From assembly GCF_043778725.1 (NCBI RefSeq), contig NZ_JAYWFT010000125.1, positions 16,842 to 80,841 of the forward strand: DNA of 64,000 nucleotides, in the 5' to 3' direction. Below, piece after piece: positions 8,847 to 18,334 of this stretch (the first letter of the stretch is position 1; each line of letters opens with the position of its first letter). The DNA is from Flavobacterium sp. (GTDB taxonomy: Bacteria > Bacteroidota > Bacteroidia > Flavobacteriales > Flavobacteriaceae). A program made the translations under genes and the position numbers. The notes beneath the pieces are model-generated. The model was not told where the DNA came from and ran no database searches. It saw nothing but the letters and a program-made list of their open reading frames with translations.

Positions 8847-8854
8847 CAAAGGTA
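8847..8854 (-). promoter_or_regulatory. -7 promoter box for the reductase gene
   Basis: TACCTTTG on the minus strand, 15 nt upstream of the ATG. Confidence 0.6.
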
Positions 8855-8952
8855 AGAAATAGCAAGGATTTTCAAATTATTGAAACTTTAAAATTGTGTG
8901 TAACATTTTAATACATTTATAAACTAATTTATAAACTAAAAAACAACAAGCA

Positions 8953-10422
8953 ATGTTCAAACATTTTATTAACCTCGAATGGAAATCGTTTCTTCGATCG
9001 GCTTCTTTTAAAACCAATTTGGCGCTAAAAATATTTATGATTCTTGGAGCGCTTTATTTTATTGCAATTTTTTTGCTTTTAGGTTTCGGAATTTATCCAA
9101 TTCTTGAAGATATGGGATTGCCTCCTTTTCCTACAGTAAACAAATTTCTAATTTATTATTTTGTGTTGGATTTGGTAATCAGGTACTTTTTACAGAAATT
9201 GCCAGTAATGAATATTAGACCTTTGCTAACATTGCCAATAAATAGACATACGATTGTTCATTTTACACTTGGCAAAACGGCTTTGTCATTCTTTAATTGG
9301 GCACACGCTTTTTTCTTTATTCCGTTTTCTATAATGCTTATAATCAATGGATTTTCTGTTGTGCACATCCTTTTATGGCATTTGGCAATTGTAGCTTTAT
9401 TTTATTCTAACAATTTTATAAATGTGCTTATCAACAATAAAGACAGCGTTTTTTATTCTGTTTTAGCAATTGTTGCTGGTTGTGGCGCAGCTCAATATTA
9501 TAAGGTTTTTGATGTAACAAATTATACGTCACTGTTTTTTAATGGTTTGTATTCATCAAGTTATTTGTTTTTAATTCCAATTTTGGTTGTTGTTGGGTTG
9601 TATTATTTGGCTTTCAATTATTTTAAAAGTAATTTAAATCTCGACGAAGGGTTGGCTGCAAAAAGCGATATCGCTAAAACAGAAAATTTTACTTGGTTGA
9701 ACCAATTTGGAACTTTAGGAACATTCTTAAAAAACGACATCCGTTTATTAAAAAGAAACAAAAGATCTAAAACAACCGTTATTATGAGTTTTGTTTTTCT
9801 TTTTTACGGATTGTTATTTTTCACCAATTCAATTGAAGCTTATAGAAGCCCTATGATGCAAATTTTTGCTGGGATATTTGTTTCGGGCGGATTTCTATTC
9901 ACCTTCGGACAATTTGTACCAAGTTGGGACAGCGCTTATTATCAATTAATGATGAGCCAAAATATTCAGTACAAAGAATACATCAGTTCTAAATGGTGGT
10001 TGATGGTTATAGGAACAGTAATTTCAACAATTTTAGCGTCATTTTATTTATATTTTGGAGTCCATACATACCTATTAATTGTGGTTGGGGCCATTTTTAA
10101 TATTGGTGTAAACTCACATATAGTAATGCTTGGCGGCGCATTTGTTAAAACTCCAATTGATTTATCTACAGGAAAAGGAGCTTTTGGAGATAAGCAAGCG
10201 TTCAATATAAAAACGATGTTAATTGCTATTCCAAAACTACTACTACCAATGGCAGTTTATGCTTTAGGATATTATGTTTTTTCACCAAACATTGGATTAT
10301 TATTTGTTGCCTTAGCTGGAATTATCGGATTTGCTTTTAGAAATTATGTTTTTAATCTAATAGAAAAAATCTATAAATCAGAAAAATACGCAACCATTGC
10401 CGCTTACAAACAAAAAAATTAG
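8953..10422 (+). CDS. DUF5687-like multi-pass membrane protein (probable ABC permease partner)
   Basis: MFKHFINLEWKSFLRS start, about 12 TM segments, KNDIRLLKRNKR, followed by an ABC ATPase. Confidence 0.75.
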   Translation: MFKHFINLEWKSFLRSASFKTNLALKIFMILGALYFIAIFLLLGFGIYPILEDMGLPPFPTVNKFLIYYFVLDLVIRYFLQKLPVMNIRPLLTLPINRHTIVHFTLGKTALSFFNWAHAFFFIPFSIMLIINGFSVVHILLWHLAIVALFYSNNFINVLINNKDSVFYSVLAIVAGCGAAQYYKVFDVTNYTSLFFNGLYSSSYLFLIPILVVVGLYYLAFNYFKSNLNLDEGLAAKSDIAKTENFTWLNQFGTLGTFLKNDIRLLKRNKRSKTTVIMSFVFLFYGLLFFTNSIEAYRSPMMQIFAGIFVSGGFLFTFGQFVPSWDSAYYQLMMSQNIQYKEYISSKWWLMVIGTVISTILASFYLYFGVHTYLLIVVGAIFNIGVNSHIVMLGGAFVKTPIDLSTGKGAFGDKQAFNIKTMLIAIPKLLLPMAVYALGYYVFSPNIGLLFVALAGIIGFAFRNYVFNLIEKIYKSEKYATIAAYKQKN

Positions 10423-10496
10423 TATTCAGTTTCTAGTATTTACATAAAACCAAACTCATAAACTTTTAAACCATAAACTTTTAAACATTTTCAAAA

Positions 10497-11195
10497 ATGA
10501 TACAAGTAAACAATCTTTCAAAAACATATACCAACGGAGTTAAAGTATTAAACATAACCAATCTTGAAATTCCAAAAGGACAAAGTTTTGGTTTGGTAGG
10601 AAATAACGGTGCTGGAAAAACCACCTTTTTCAGTTTGTTGTTAGACTTAATTCAACCAAGTTCAGGATTTATAAAAAACAGCGATATTCAAATCAATACA
10701 AGTGAAGCTTGGAAACCATTTACAGCAGCATTTATTGACGAAAGTTTTCTTATTGGATATTTAACAGCCGAAGAATATTTCTATTTTATTGGCGATTTAC
10801 GAGGTCAGAATAAAGCCGATGTTGATGCACTATTAGCAAAACACGAAGAATTTTTTAACGGAGAAATATTAAAAAGCAAAAAATATTTAAGAGATTTATC
10901 AAAAGGAAACATGAAAAAAGTGGGAATTATTGCCACTTTAATTGGAAATCCAGAAGTTGTAATTCTTGATGAGCCATTTGCCAATTTAGATCCAACAACA
11001 GTAAACCGATTAAAAAAAATAATCAAAGAATTGTCTGATAATCCTGAAGTTACTGTTTTAGTTTCATCACATGATTTGGTTCATACGGTTGAAGTTTGTA
11101 ACAGAATTGTAGCTTTAAATAAAGGTGAAATTGTAAAAGACATTGAAACATCGCCAGAAACATTGAAAGAATTAGAAGCATTTTTTGCAGTATAA
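10497..11195 (+). CDS. ABC transporter ATP-binding protein (ABC-2 exporter type)
   Basis: Walker A GNNGAGKTT, signature LSKGN, Walker B VILDEPF, H-loop SSHD. Confidence 0.92.
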   Translation: MIQVNNLSKTYTNGVKVLNITNLEIPKGQSFGLVGNNGAGKTTFFSLLLDLIQPSSGFIKNSDIQINTSEAWKPFTAAFIDESFLIGYLTAEEYFYFIGDLRGQNKADVDALLAKHEEFFNGEILKSKKYLRDLSKGNMKKVGIIATLIGNPEVVILDEPFANLDPTTVNRLKKIIKELSDNPEVTVLVSSHDLVHTVEVCNRIVALNKGEIVKDIETSPETLKELEAFFAV

Positions 11196-11214
11196 TTTTA
11201 ATTTAAAAATTATA

Positions 11215-11254
11215 AAATCCGTAAAACATAATTTTGTTTTGCGGATTTCTTTTT
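11215..11254 (+). terminator. Rho-independent terminator after the ABC ATPase
   Basis: AAATCCGTAAACA/TGTTTTGCGGATTT imperfect stem followed by a T-tract. Confidence 0.65.
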
Positions 11255-11359
11255 TAAAAAAAGCATTATTTTTTTCTCCTTATCAAAAAGAAGTGTATTT
11301 TTACCAGTCAATTATACTAAAATTAACCTTTTAGAGTTAATTATAAAAACGTTTTTACA

Positions 11360-14212
11360 TTGAAAATCAATATTCTTAAATACACATTTATAACAGGATT
11401 TGTTGTTTTTTTTGTAGCTTGTTCTACAAAGAAAAACACTTTTGTTTCAAGAAATTATAACGCATTAACCACAAAGGATAACATTCTTTACAATGGAGGA
11501 ATTGCGCTCAATAAAGGAATTGCCGATTTAAAATCGCAATACAAAGATAATTTTTGGGAAACGCTTCCTGTAGAAAGAATGCAAATTGTTCAAGATCAAT
11601 CTACTGAAAACAAGGTCAAAAATCCAAACTTTGAAAGAGCCGAAACCAAAGCAACAATGGCCATTCAAAAGCATTCTATGAACATTGGCGGCTCTGAAAA
11701 AAATCCACAAATGGACGAAGCGCATTTAATGCTGGGTAAATCACGTTATTATGAACAACGTTTTGTACCTGCATTGGAAGCTTTTAATTATGTTTTGTAC
11801 AAATATCCTAGTAGTGACAAGATTTACGAAGTAAAAATTTGGCGAGAAAAAACCAATATGCGTATGGATAATGACGCATTAGCGGTTATTAATCTTAGAA
11901 AATTATTAAAAGAAATAAAATTTAAAGATCAAATTTTTGCCGATGCAAATGCGACTCTCGCTCAGGCATTTTTAAACTTGAAAGAAAAAGATAGCGCAGT
12001 TGCCAAACTTAAATTAGCAACAGAATTTACAAAATCTGACGAAGAGAAAGCACGTTATCATTTTATTTTAGGGCAAGTTTATGAGCAAATGGGTTATAAA
12101 GACAGTGCTTTCGCCAAATATCAAGAAGTTATTGATATGAAAAGAAAATCGGCACGTCAATATGTAATTCAATCACATGCAAGACAAGCACAACAATTTG
12201 ATTTTGAAAAAGGCGACACCGTTGCTTTCATTAAAAAATACAATTTCTTTTTAAAAGATAGAGAAAACAGACCATTTCTAGACGTGCTAAACCATCAGAT
12301 GGCATTGTTTTATGATAAATTAAAGAAGCCCGAAGTTGCAAAAAAATATTATAATTTGTCTTTAAAAAACAAATCACAAGATATTTATTTGATAGCATCC
12401 AATTATAGAAATCTTGCAGAATTACATTTTAATAAAGCGAAGTATGTAACTGCAGGAAAATATTTTGACAGTACATTAACGGTTTTAAATCCGCGAACTA
12501 GAGAATATAAATTGATTGCTAAAAAGAGAGAAAATCTTGAAGATGTAATCAAATTTGAAGGAATAGCACAGCGTAATGATAGTATATTGAGAGTAGCATC
12601 GATGTCTTTATCAGAAAGAGAAAATTATTATAAAGAGTATATTGAAAACTTAAAAAAAGAAGACAAAAAGCAACTAGAACTTGCAGAAAAACAAGCTAAA
12701 GAAAAAGAACAAATTGCAATAAATTCTGGCGATGAATTGAAAGGAAAAAAAAGCGCTACTAATGATTTTCAATCTAGTAATAATGTACCTACTAAGATAA
12801 TAACTACCACACCACTTATTTCCAACTCCAACTCTGGAAGCACATTTTATTTTTATAATCCTACAACTGTAGCTTACGGAAAAGTAGAATTTAAGAAAAA
12901 ATGGGGAAATAGAGCCCATGTTGAAAACTGGAGATTATCTAAAGAAGCAGTTAAAGATGCCGCAACAGATGATATAACCGATGCATCAGAAGGCAATGAT
13001 AAAACAAAACAAGTTGAAGAAAAATATACTACCAATTTTTATTTAAAAAATATTCCATCATCTGATAAAGCTCTTGATAGTATTTCAAAAGAAAGAAATT
13101 TTGCATATTACCAACTGGGTAGTATCTACAAAGAGAAATTTAAAGAATATAAAAGAGCAGCAGAAAAACTAGAGAAACTTCTAGGCAATAAACCAGAAGA
13201 ACGCTTAATATTGCCGTCAATGTATAATTTATATAAAATTTACGAAATTATAGATGCAAGTAAAGCCTTGGCGATGAAATCTAAAATTATTGCACAATAT
13301 CCAGATTCGCGATATGCGCAAATTATAAGCAATACATCTTTAGAAAACCAAATAAGTTCTACGCCAGAAGTGGCTTATGATGCACTTTATAAAGAATACG
13401 AAAAAGGATTGTATAGAGAAATATTGCCCAAAACTGAAGTCGCAATAGAACAATTTACTGGAGAAGAAATGTTGCCAAAATTTGAATTGTTGAAGGCAAA
13501 CCTTCTTGGAAAATTAAAAGGATTAGAAGCGTTTAAAAAAGCGTTAAACTTTGTTGCGCTAACTTATCCAAACAGTGATGAAGGAAAAGAAACAGAGCAA
13601 TTTATAGCCAATAGAATTCCTTATCTAGAATCGTTATCTTTCAATTCTGAATTTCCGTTGTCCTGGAATATTTTGTATAAAGCTGATAATCTAGACGATA
13701 AAAACACAAAAACGTTATTAGAAAAACTAAATAAATTTGCCAAAGAAAGAACAATAGAAACCTTATCAATCTCTACAGATATTTATACTATTGATAAAAA
13801 CTTTATTGTTATTCACGCAATAAAATCACTTGAAAATGCCAAGGGAATAGCTCAAGTTTTAAAAGAATTTAAAGAATATAAAATTCCAGATACAGCAGTA
13901 ATTATTTCTAGTGAAAACTATAAAGTAGTTCAAATAAAGAAAAATATTGATGAATATATTTCTGGCGATTGGTTAAATAAAGAGATTGTCCCAATACAGA
14001 GAAATATTGTTGTACCACAAGCAAAACCAGAGAAAAATTTAAAAGAAGCAGAACAAGCGTACGATAATAAAATAAAAAATAATCAAACGCCAGCAGTTAA
14101 AGGAAAAGAAAACCAAAATCAAGCGCCAGTTAATCCGATGGAAACCAAGGATGATTTACCGCCCAAAAGCATGATGCCACCAACACCAGACATGCAACAG
14201 AAAAAACCATAA
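11360..14212 (+). CDS. sprE: TPR lipoprotein, T9SS/gliding motility SprE/PorW family
   Basis: Lipobox FVAC followed by STKKNTF.SR.Y, multiple TPR helices, FYFYNP...WG.R...NWR motif, upstream of the atp genes. Confidence 0.75.
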   Translation: MKINILKYTFITGFVVFFVACSTKKNTFVSRNYNALTTKDNILYNGGIALNKGIADLKSQYKDNFWETLPVERMQIVQDQSTENKVKNPNFERAETKATMAIQKHSMNIGGSEKNPQMDEAHLMLGKSRYYEQRFVPALEAFNYVLYKYPSSDKIYEVKIWREKTNMRMDNDALAVINLRKLLKEIKFKDQIFADANATLAQAFLNLKEKDSAVAKLKLATEFTKSDEEKARYHFILGQVYEQMGYKDSAFAKYQEVIDMKRKSARQYVIQSHARQAQQFDFEKGDTVAFIKKYNFFLKDRENRPFLDVLNHQMALFYDKLKKPEVAKKYYNLSLKNKSQDIYLIASNYRNLAELHFNKAKYVTAGKYFDSTLTVLNPRTREYKLIAKKRENLEDVIKFEGIAQRNDSILRVASMSLSERENYYKEYIENLKKEDKKQLELAEKQAKEKEQIAINSGDELKGKKSATNDFQSSNNVPTKIITTTPLISNSNSGSTFYFYNPTTVAYGKVEFKKKWGNRAHVENWRLSKEAVKDAATDDITDASEGNDKTKQVEEKYTTNFYLKNIPSSDKALDSISKERNFAYYQLGSIYKEKFKEYKRAAEKLEKLLGNKPEERLILPSMYNLYKIYEIIDASKALAMKSKIIAQYPDSRYAQIISNTSLENQISSTPEVAYDALYKEYEKGLYREILPKTEVAIEQFTGEEMLPKFELLKANLLGKLKGLEAFKKALNFVALTYPNSDEGKETEQFIANRIPYLESLSFNSEFPLSWNILYKADNLDDKNTKTLLEKLNKFAKERTIETLSISTDIYTIDKNFIVIHAIKSLENAKGIAQVLKEFKEYKIPDTAVIISSENYKVVQIKKNIDEYISGDWLNKEIVPIQRNIVVPQAKPEKNLKEAEQAYDNKIKNNQTPAVKGKENQNQAPVNPMETKDDLPPKSMMPPTPDMQQKKP

Positions 14213-14216
14213 ATTT

Positions 14217-14618
14217 ATGTTTGATAAAAAACCAAAATCATATACCGATTTATTAGGTAAAACTAATAGAATAGTAGAAGGAACGACAATAAAAGGTGAT
14301 ATTTCTTCTCCTGCAGATTTTCGTTTGGATGGACATTTAATAGGTGATTTTGAGTCTAAAGGAAAGCTAGTTATTGGACCAGCAGGAAGCGTGAAAGGCA
14401 ATATCATTTGTAAAAATTGTGACATTGAAGGCAAATTTGACGGAAAAATTCATGTCAAAGAAATCTTAAATCTTAAAGCAAAAGCCGTCATTCACGGAGA
14501 GGTAATTTGCGGAAAATTAGCAGTAGAACCTGGAGCAGAATTTACAGCAACTTGCACTATGAAACCACATATAAAAAACCTTTTACATGGACAACCAGTC
14601 GAAGAAAAAACAGCGTAA
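14217..14618 (+). CDS. Bactofilin (polymer-forming cytoskeletal protein)
   Basis: IVEGTTIKGDI...FRLDGHLIGD...LVIGPAGSVKGNI...IEGKFDGKI.V...L.LK.KAVIHGEV...KLAVEPGAEF beta-helix repeats. Confidence 0.9.
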   Translation: MFDKKPKSYTDLLGKTNRIVEGTTIKGDISSPADFRLDGHLIGDFESKGKLVIGPAGSVKGNIICKNCDIEGKFDGKIHVKEILNLKAKAVIHGEVICGKLAVEPGAEFTATCTMKPHIKNLLHGQPVEEKTA

Positions 14619-14814
14619 TAAATGGTTGGCATTAATAAATATTCCTATACAAATGGGCGTAATTATTTTTGTGTTCGCTTATGCAGGAAAATGGTTGGAT
14701 GAAAAATATCCAAACCCTAAAGAAATCTGCACCAAAATAGTAACATTACTAGGCGTTTTTCTTGCATTATACAACGTTTATAGACAAGTAAAAGATCTTG
14801 GCAACTCAGAATAA
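14587..14814 (+). CDS. AtpZ/AtpI family protein
   Basis: IPIQMGVIIF..AY.GKWLDE.Y, two TM segments, upstream of atpB. Confidence 0.8.
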   Translation: MDNQSKKKQRNKWLALINIPIQMGVIIFVFAYAGKWLDEKYPNPKEICTKIVTLLGVFLALYNVYRQVKDLGNSE

Positions 14815-14822
14815 TAATTCGA

Positions 14823-15218
14823 ATGAAACTTCAACTATATAAAACCCTAATAGCTACTATATCTATTTCAATTGTACTTTTTTTTATCAATAAAATAATT
14901 TTACAAAGCGAATTTTTTTATACAAATTTTAGACTGTTTAGCACTACATTAGAATTTGTATATTTTATTTTAACACTTTTTTCTGTTTTAATTTTGTCCA
15001 CATCAATTGTTGTTAATTCAAAGAATAAAGATGTTGTAGGAATGACATTTATGCTTATGACTACAGTAAAAGTTGGTGTTTTATACTTTGTTTTTTCTAA
15101 AATTGTGCCATCTAGTAATGAAAATTCTGTTGAAAGAATTAATTTTTTTATAGTATTTATTCTTTTTTTAGCAATGGAGACGTTAATAACTATTAGATTA
15201 TTAAATAAAAAGCAATAA
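14823..15218 (+). CDS. Four-TM membrane protein (DUF6168-like; possible AtpI-like accessory)
   Basis: 131 aa, hydrophobic, GMTFMLMTTVK, lies between AtpZ and atpB. Confidence 0.6.
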   Translation: MKLQLYKTLIATISISIVLFFINKIILQSEFFYTNFRLFSTTLEFVYFILTLFSVLILSTSIVVNSKNKDVVGMTFMLMTTVKVGVLYFVFSKIVPSSNENSVERINFFIVFILFLAMETLITIRLLNKKQ

Positions 15219-15286
15219 TCAATCGTTAAATCTGCAAATTCTACTAAAAAAATATTTTAATCTACTTGGAATATTAATAAAAAATG

Positions 15287-15294
15287 TACCTTTG
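15287..15294 (+). promoter_or_regulatory. -7 promoter box of the atp operon
   Basis: TACCTTTG 42 nt upstream of the atpB ATG, with TTG about 18 nt further upstream. Confidence 0.65.
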
Positions 15295-15336
15295 CACCAA
15301 ATTTTAGAAACCTTAAAATTTAAGTAAAATAAAGTT

Positions 15337-16488
15337 ATGGTGATTTCAAAAAAACCACTCCATTTTATCGCGGCACTTTTAGTAGCATTTATGCCATTAG
15401 TTTCAAGTGCAATTCCTACAAGTGATTCAACATCTGTTGAGGTTCAAACTGTTGCGAAAACGGCTGAAGCTTCTCATGAAGAAGTTGAAAAGACACCAGA
15501 AGAGGAAAGAGCTGAATTTATTCAACATCACTTATTAGATTCTCACGATTTTCATTTATTTTCTTATGGAAAAGAGTCAGGTCATGAAAAGCACGTTGGC
15601 ATTCCTTTGCCAGTAATTTTATGGCAAGATGGATTACATTTTTTCATGTCATCTGAATTCCATCATGGCGAAGCAGTTGCTGAATCAAACGGAAAATATT
15701 TTGCTATAAATCACCATGATGGTATGATTTATAATACTGATGTAAAAGGAACTTTTAACGTTAATGAAGAACATCATACTACCAATACTAAACCTATTGA
15801 TTTTTCGATTACCAAAAGTATTGTAATGATTTTGATTGTTGCTTTGATTATGCTTATAGTTTTTAGAAATTTAGGTAAATCCTATGTTAAAAATGGTGGA
15901 ATTGCAACCGGAGCAGGTAGGTTTTTTGAGCCTTTAGTTTTATACATAAGAGACGAAATAGCTATCCCTAATATCGGAGAAAAACATTATAAAAAATACA
16001 TGAGTCATTTGTTGACGGTATTTTTCTTTATATGGTTTTTAAATATGTTTGGTTTAACTCCTCTTGGAGTAAATGTAACTGGTAATATTGCAATCACTGC
16101 TGCTTTGGCAATTATTACTTATTTAATTACAACTTTTACAGCCAATAAAAATTATTGGGGACATATTTTTTGGATGCCAGGTGTGCCTGTACCAATGAAA
16201 ATTATTTTAGCACCTATTGAGTTTTTAGGAACAATCATTAAGCCATTTTCATTAATGATTCGTTTGTATGCTAATATGCTGGCAGGACATGTTGTATTAA
16301 TGAGTATTATTGCATTAATGTACACTTTTAATAGTCCAATCGGAAGTCCTTTGTCTTTCATATTGGCCTTCGTATTGTCAATATTAGAGATTTTAGTAGC
16401 TTTATTACAGGCTTATATTTTCACTATGCTAACCGCATTATATTTTGGTGCGGCTAAAGAAGAGCATCATCATGAGGATGCTCATTAA
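15337..16488 (+). CDS. atpB: F0F1 ATP synthase subunit a with a long N-terminal extension
   Basis: GLTPLGVNVTGNI, IKPFSLMIRLYANMLAGH (essential Arg), EILVALLQAYIFTMLT. Confidence 0.95.
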   Translation: MVISKKPLHFIAALLVAFMPLVSSAIPTSDSTSVEVQTVAKTAEASHEEVEKTPEEERAEFIQHHLLDSHDFHLFSYGKESGHEKHVGIPLPVILWQDGLHFFMSSEFHHGEAVAESNGKYFAINHHDGMIYNTDVKGTFNVNEEHHTTNTKPIDFSITKSIVMILIVALIMLIVFRNLGKSYVKNGGIATGAGRFFEPLVLYIRDEIAIPNIGEKHYKKYMSHLLTVFFFIWFLNMFGLTPLGVNVTGNIAITAALAIITYLITTFTANKNYWGHIFWMPGVPVPMKIILAPIEFLGTIIKPFSLMIRLYANMLAGHVVLMSIIALMYTFNSPIGSPLSFILAFVLSILEILVALLQAYIFTMLTALYFGAAKEEHHHEDAH

Positions 16489-16521
16489 TAAATTGAATGT
16501 TTAATTAAATATATATACATT

Positions 16522-16719
16522 ATGGAAGGAACTCTTAACCTTGTTGGAGCAGGATTAATCGTTATCGGTGCTGGTTTAGGTATTGGTAAAATTGGTGGAT
16601 CTGCTATGGATGCAATTGCACGTCAACCAGAAGCTTCAGGAAAAATTCAAACAGCTATGCTTATTGCAGCAGCTTTAATTGAAGGTATTGGTTTTGCAGC
16701 GTTATTCGCAGTAAAATAA
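16522..16719 (+). CDS. atpE: F0F1 ATP synthase subunit c
   Basis: GAGLGIGKIG, ARQPEA, AALIEG (proton-binding Glu). Confidence 0.97.
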   Translation: MEGTLNLVGAGLIVIGAGLGIGKIGGSAMDAIARQPEASGKIQTAMLIAAALIEGIGFAALFAVK

Positions 16720-16726
16720 TTAAAAC

Positions 16727-16763
16727 AAACAATTGTTGTAACGGTTGGTTACAACAATTGTTT
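16727..16763 (+). other. Intercistronic 16-bp perfect hairpin between atpE and atpF
   Basis: AAACAATTGTTGTAAC-GGTTG-GTTACAACAATTGTTT. Confidence 0.85.
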
Positions 16764-16799
16764 ATTAATTTTGAAATTCTAATTTAAGAATACATATAT

Positions 16800-17300
16800 A
16801 TGGAAGAATTATTAGGTCAGTTTTCGGTTGGATTGTTCATCATGCAAACAGTTTTGTTTGTTGGATTAATCCTTTTATTAAAAAAATTCGCTTGGAAACC
16901 TATTCTTGACGCTGTAAACGAAAGAGAAGAAGGAATTAAAAATGCATTGCTTTCGGCTGAAAATGCTAAAAAAGAAATGCAAAATCTTAAATCAGATAAT
17001 GAAAAATTATTAGCTGATGCAAGAGCTGAGCGTGATGCTTTAATGAAAGATGCTCGTGAAATCAAAGATAAAATGATAAACGATGCTAAAGTTGAAGCCC
17101 AAGCAACAGGTGAAAAAATGATTGAACAAGCGAAAGCAGCAATCAATAGCGAGAAAAATGCAGCTATGGCAGAATTGAAAAATCAAGTTTCGTCATTGTC
17201 ATTAGAAATCGCAGAAAAAGTATTAAGAGACGAATTATCTAACAAAGATTCTCAAACTAAATTAGTTGAGAAAATGTTGGGTGACGCTAAATTAAACTAA
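16800..17300 (+). CDS. atpF: F0F1 ATP synthase subunit b
   Basis: N-terminal TM, KKFAWKPILDAVNEREEGI, long coiled coil. Confidence 0.95.
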   Translation: MEELLGQFSVGLFIMQTVLFVGLILLLKKFAWKPILDAVNEREEGIKNALLSAENAKKEMQNLKSDNEKLLADARAERDALMKDAREIKDKMINDAKVEAQATGEKMIEQAKAAINSEKNAAMAELKNQVSSLSLEIAEKVLRDELSNKDSQTKLVEKMLGDAKLN

Positions 17301-17305
17301 TCAAT

Positions 17306-17833
17306 ATGTCAAGAGCAGCGATTAGATATGCCAAAGCAATTTTAGATATTGCACAAACTTCAGGAAAAGCTGACGCAGTTAATAACGACATGAAATCGAT
17401 TGTTAATGCTGTAGCTGAAAGTCCTGAATTGAAAGATTTTTTATCAAGTCCAGTTATTAAAATGGAGGTTAAGAAATCGGCTGTATCTGAAATATTTTCA
17501 AATGTTCAAGCAGAAACCAACAGTTTGTTTCACTTGTTGTTAGAAAATAAAAGATTTGAAATTCTTGCTTCAATAGCTATAGAATACACTAGATTATTTG
17601 ACGAAAGTAACGGAATAGAAGTTGCCAAAGTAACTACAGCCTTCCCAATTACTCCAGAATTAGAAACTAAAGTATTGGCTAAAATTGCAGAATTTTCAAA
17701 CAAAAAAATCACAATTGAAAATATAGTAGATCCAGCAATCATCGGTGGGTTTATATTAAGAGTTGGTGACAAGCAATACAATGCCTCTGTTGCTAATAAA
17801 TTAAGTGAATTGAAACGTGAGTTTGCAAATTAA
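17306..17833 (+). CDS. atpH: F0F1 ATP synthase subunit delta
   Basis: AAIRYAKAIL, LLLENKR, VDPAIIGGFILRVGDKQYNASV. Confidence 0.95.
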   Translation: MSRAAIRYAKAILDIAQTSGKADAVNNDMKSIVNAVAESPELKDFLSSPVIKMEVKKSAVSEIFSNVQAETNSLFHLLLENKRFEILASIAIEYTRLFDESNGIEVAKVTTAFPITPELETKVLAKIAEFSNKKITIENIVDPAIIGGFILRVGDKQYNASVANKLSELKREFAN

Positions 17834-17839
17834 TTTAGT

Positions 17840-18322
17840 ATGAAAAACATCAAAAATATTGTAACTGCTTTAGTTTTACTTTGCTCATTTGCAACTTTTG
17901 GTCAAGATATAAATTTCAAAAAAGGAATTGTTTCTATTGATGGAAAAGAATGCTTAAAATATGAATCTGATTCTAACAATGTAAGTTTTCAAAACCTTAA
18001 AGGCGAAGATGTAATGATATTGAAATACTTGAGACCAGATACTACTCAAGAGTCATTATACATTAAAGTTATTTTCGTTGAATCTCATCAAGAATTTACT
18101 TCTAAAAGCTATATTTTTACAAAAAAAGTATTGATTGAGAAATTATTAAAGTCTAATACTTTAGTTGATTGTGCTTTAAATGAAGAAAAACTATCAACTT
18201 TTATTTTAAAATATGATGAAAAAGTTGAAGACAGATTAAATAAAAATACCAATACAACTAATACAGTTATTATAAAAGAAGAGCCAAGAAGATCAGGCTT
18301 AAACATAAATTTAGGTAGATAA
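17840..18322 (+). CDS. Hypothetical exported protein inserted between atpH and atpA
   Basis: Signal peptide MKNIKNIVTALVLLCSFATFG-QD; 6 nt after the atpH stop and 12 nt before the atpA start. Confidence 0.7.
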   Translation: MKNIKNIVTALVLLCSFATFGQDINFKKGIVSIDGKECLKYESDSNNVSFQNLKGEDVMILKYLRPDTTQESLYIKVIFVESHQEFTSKSYIFTKKVLIEKLLKSNTLVDCALNEEKLSTFILKYDEKVEDRLNKNTNTTNTVIIKEEPRRSGLNINLGR

Positions 18323-18334
18323 TAATAAAATATT

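Noticed and set aside
8900-8927. GTAACA-N16-AACTAA upstream of the DUF5687-like gene as an ECF promoter
   Set aside because: The -10 half is a poor match in very AT-rich DNA; not supportable without TSS data
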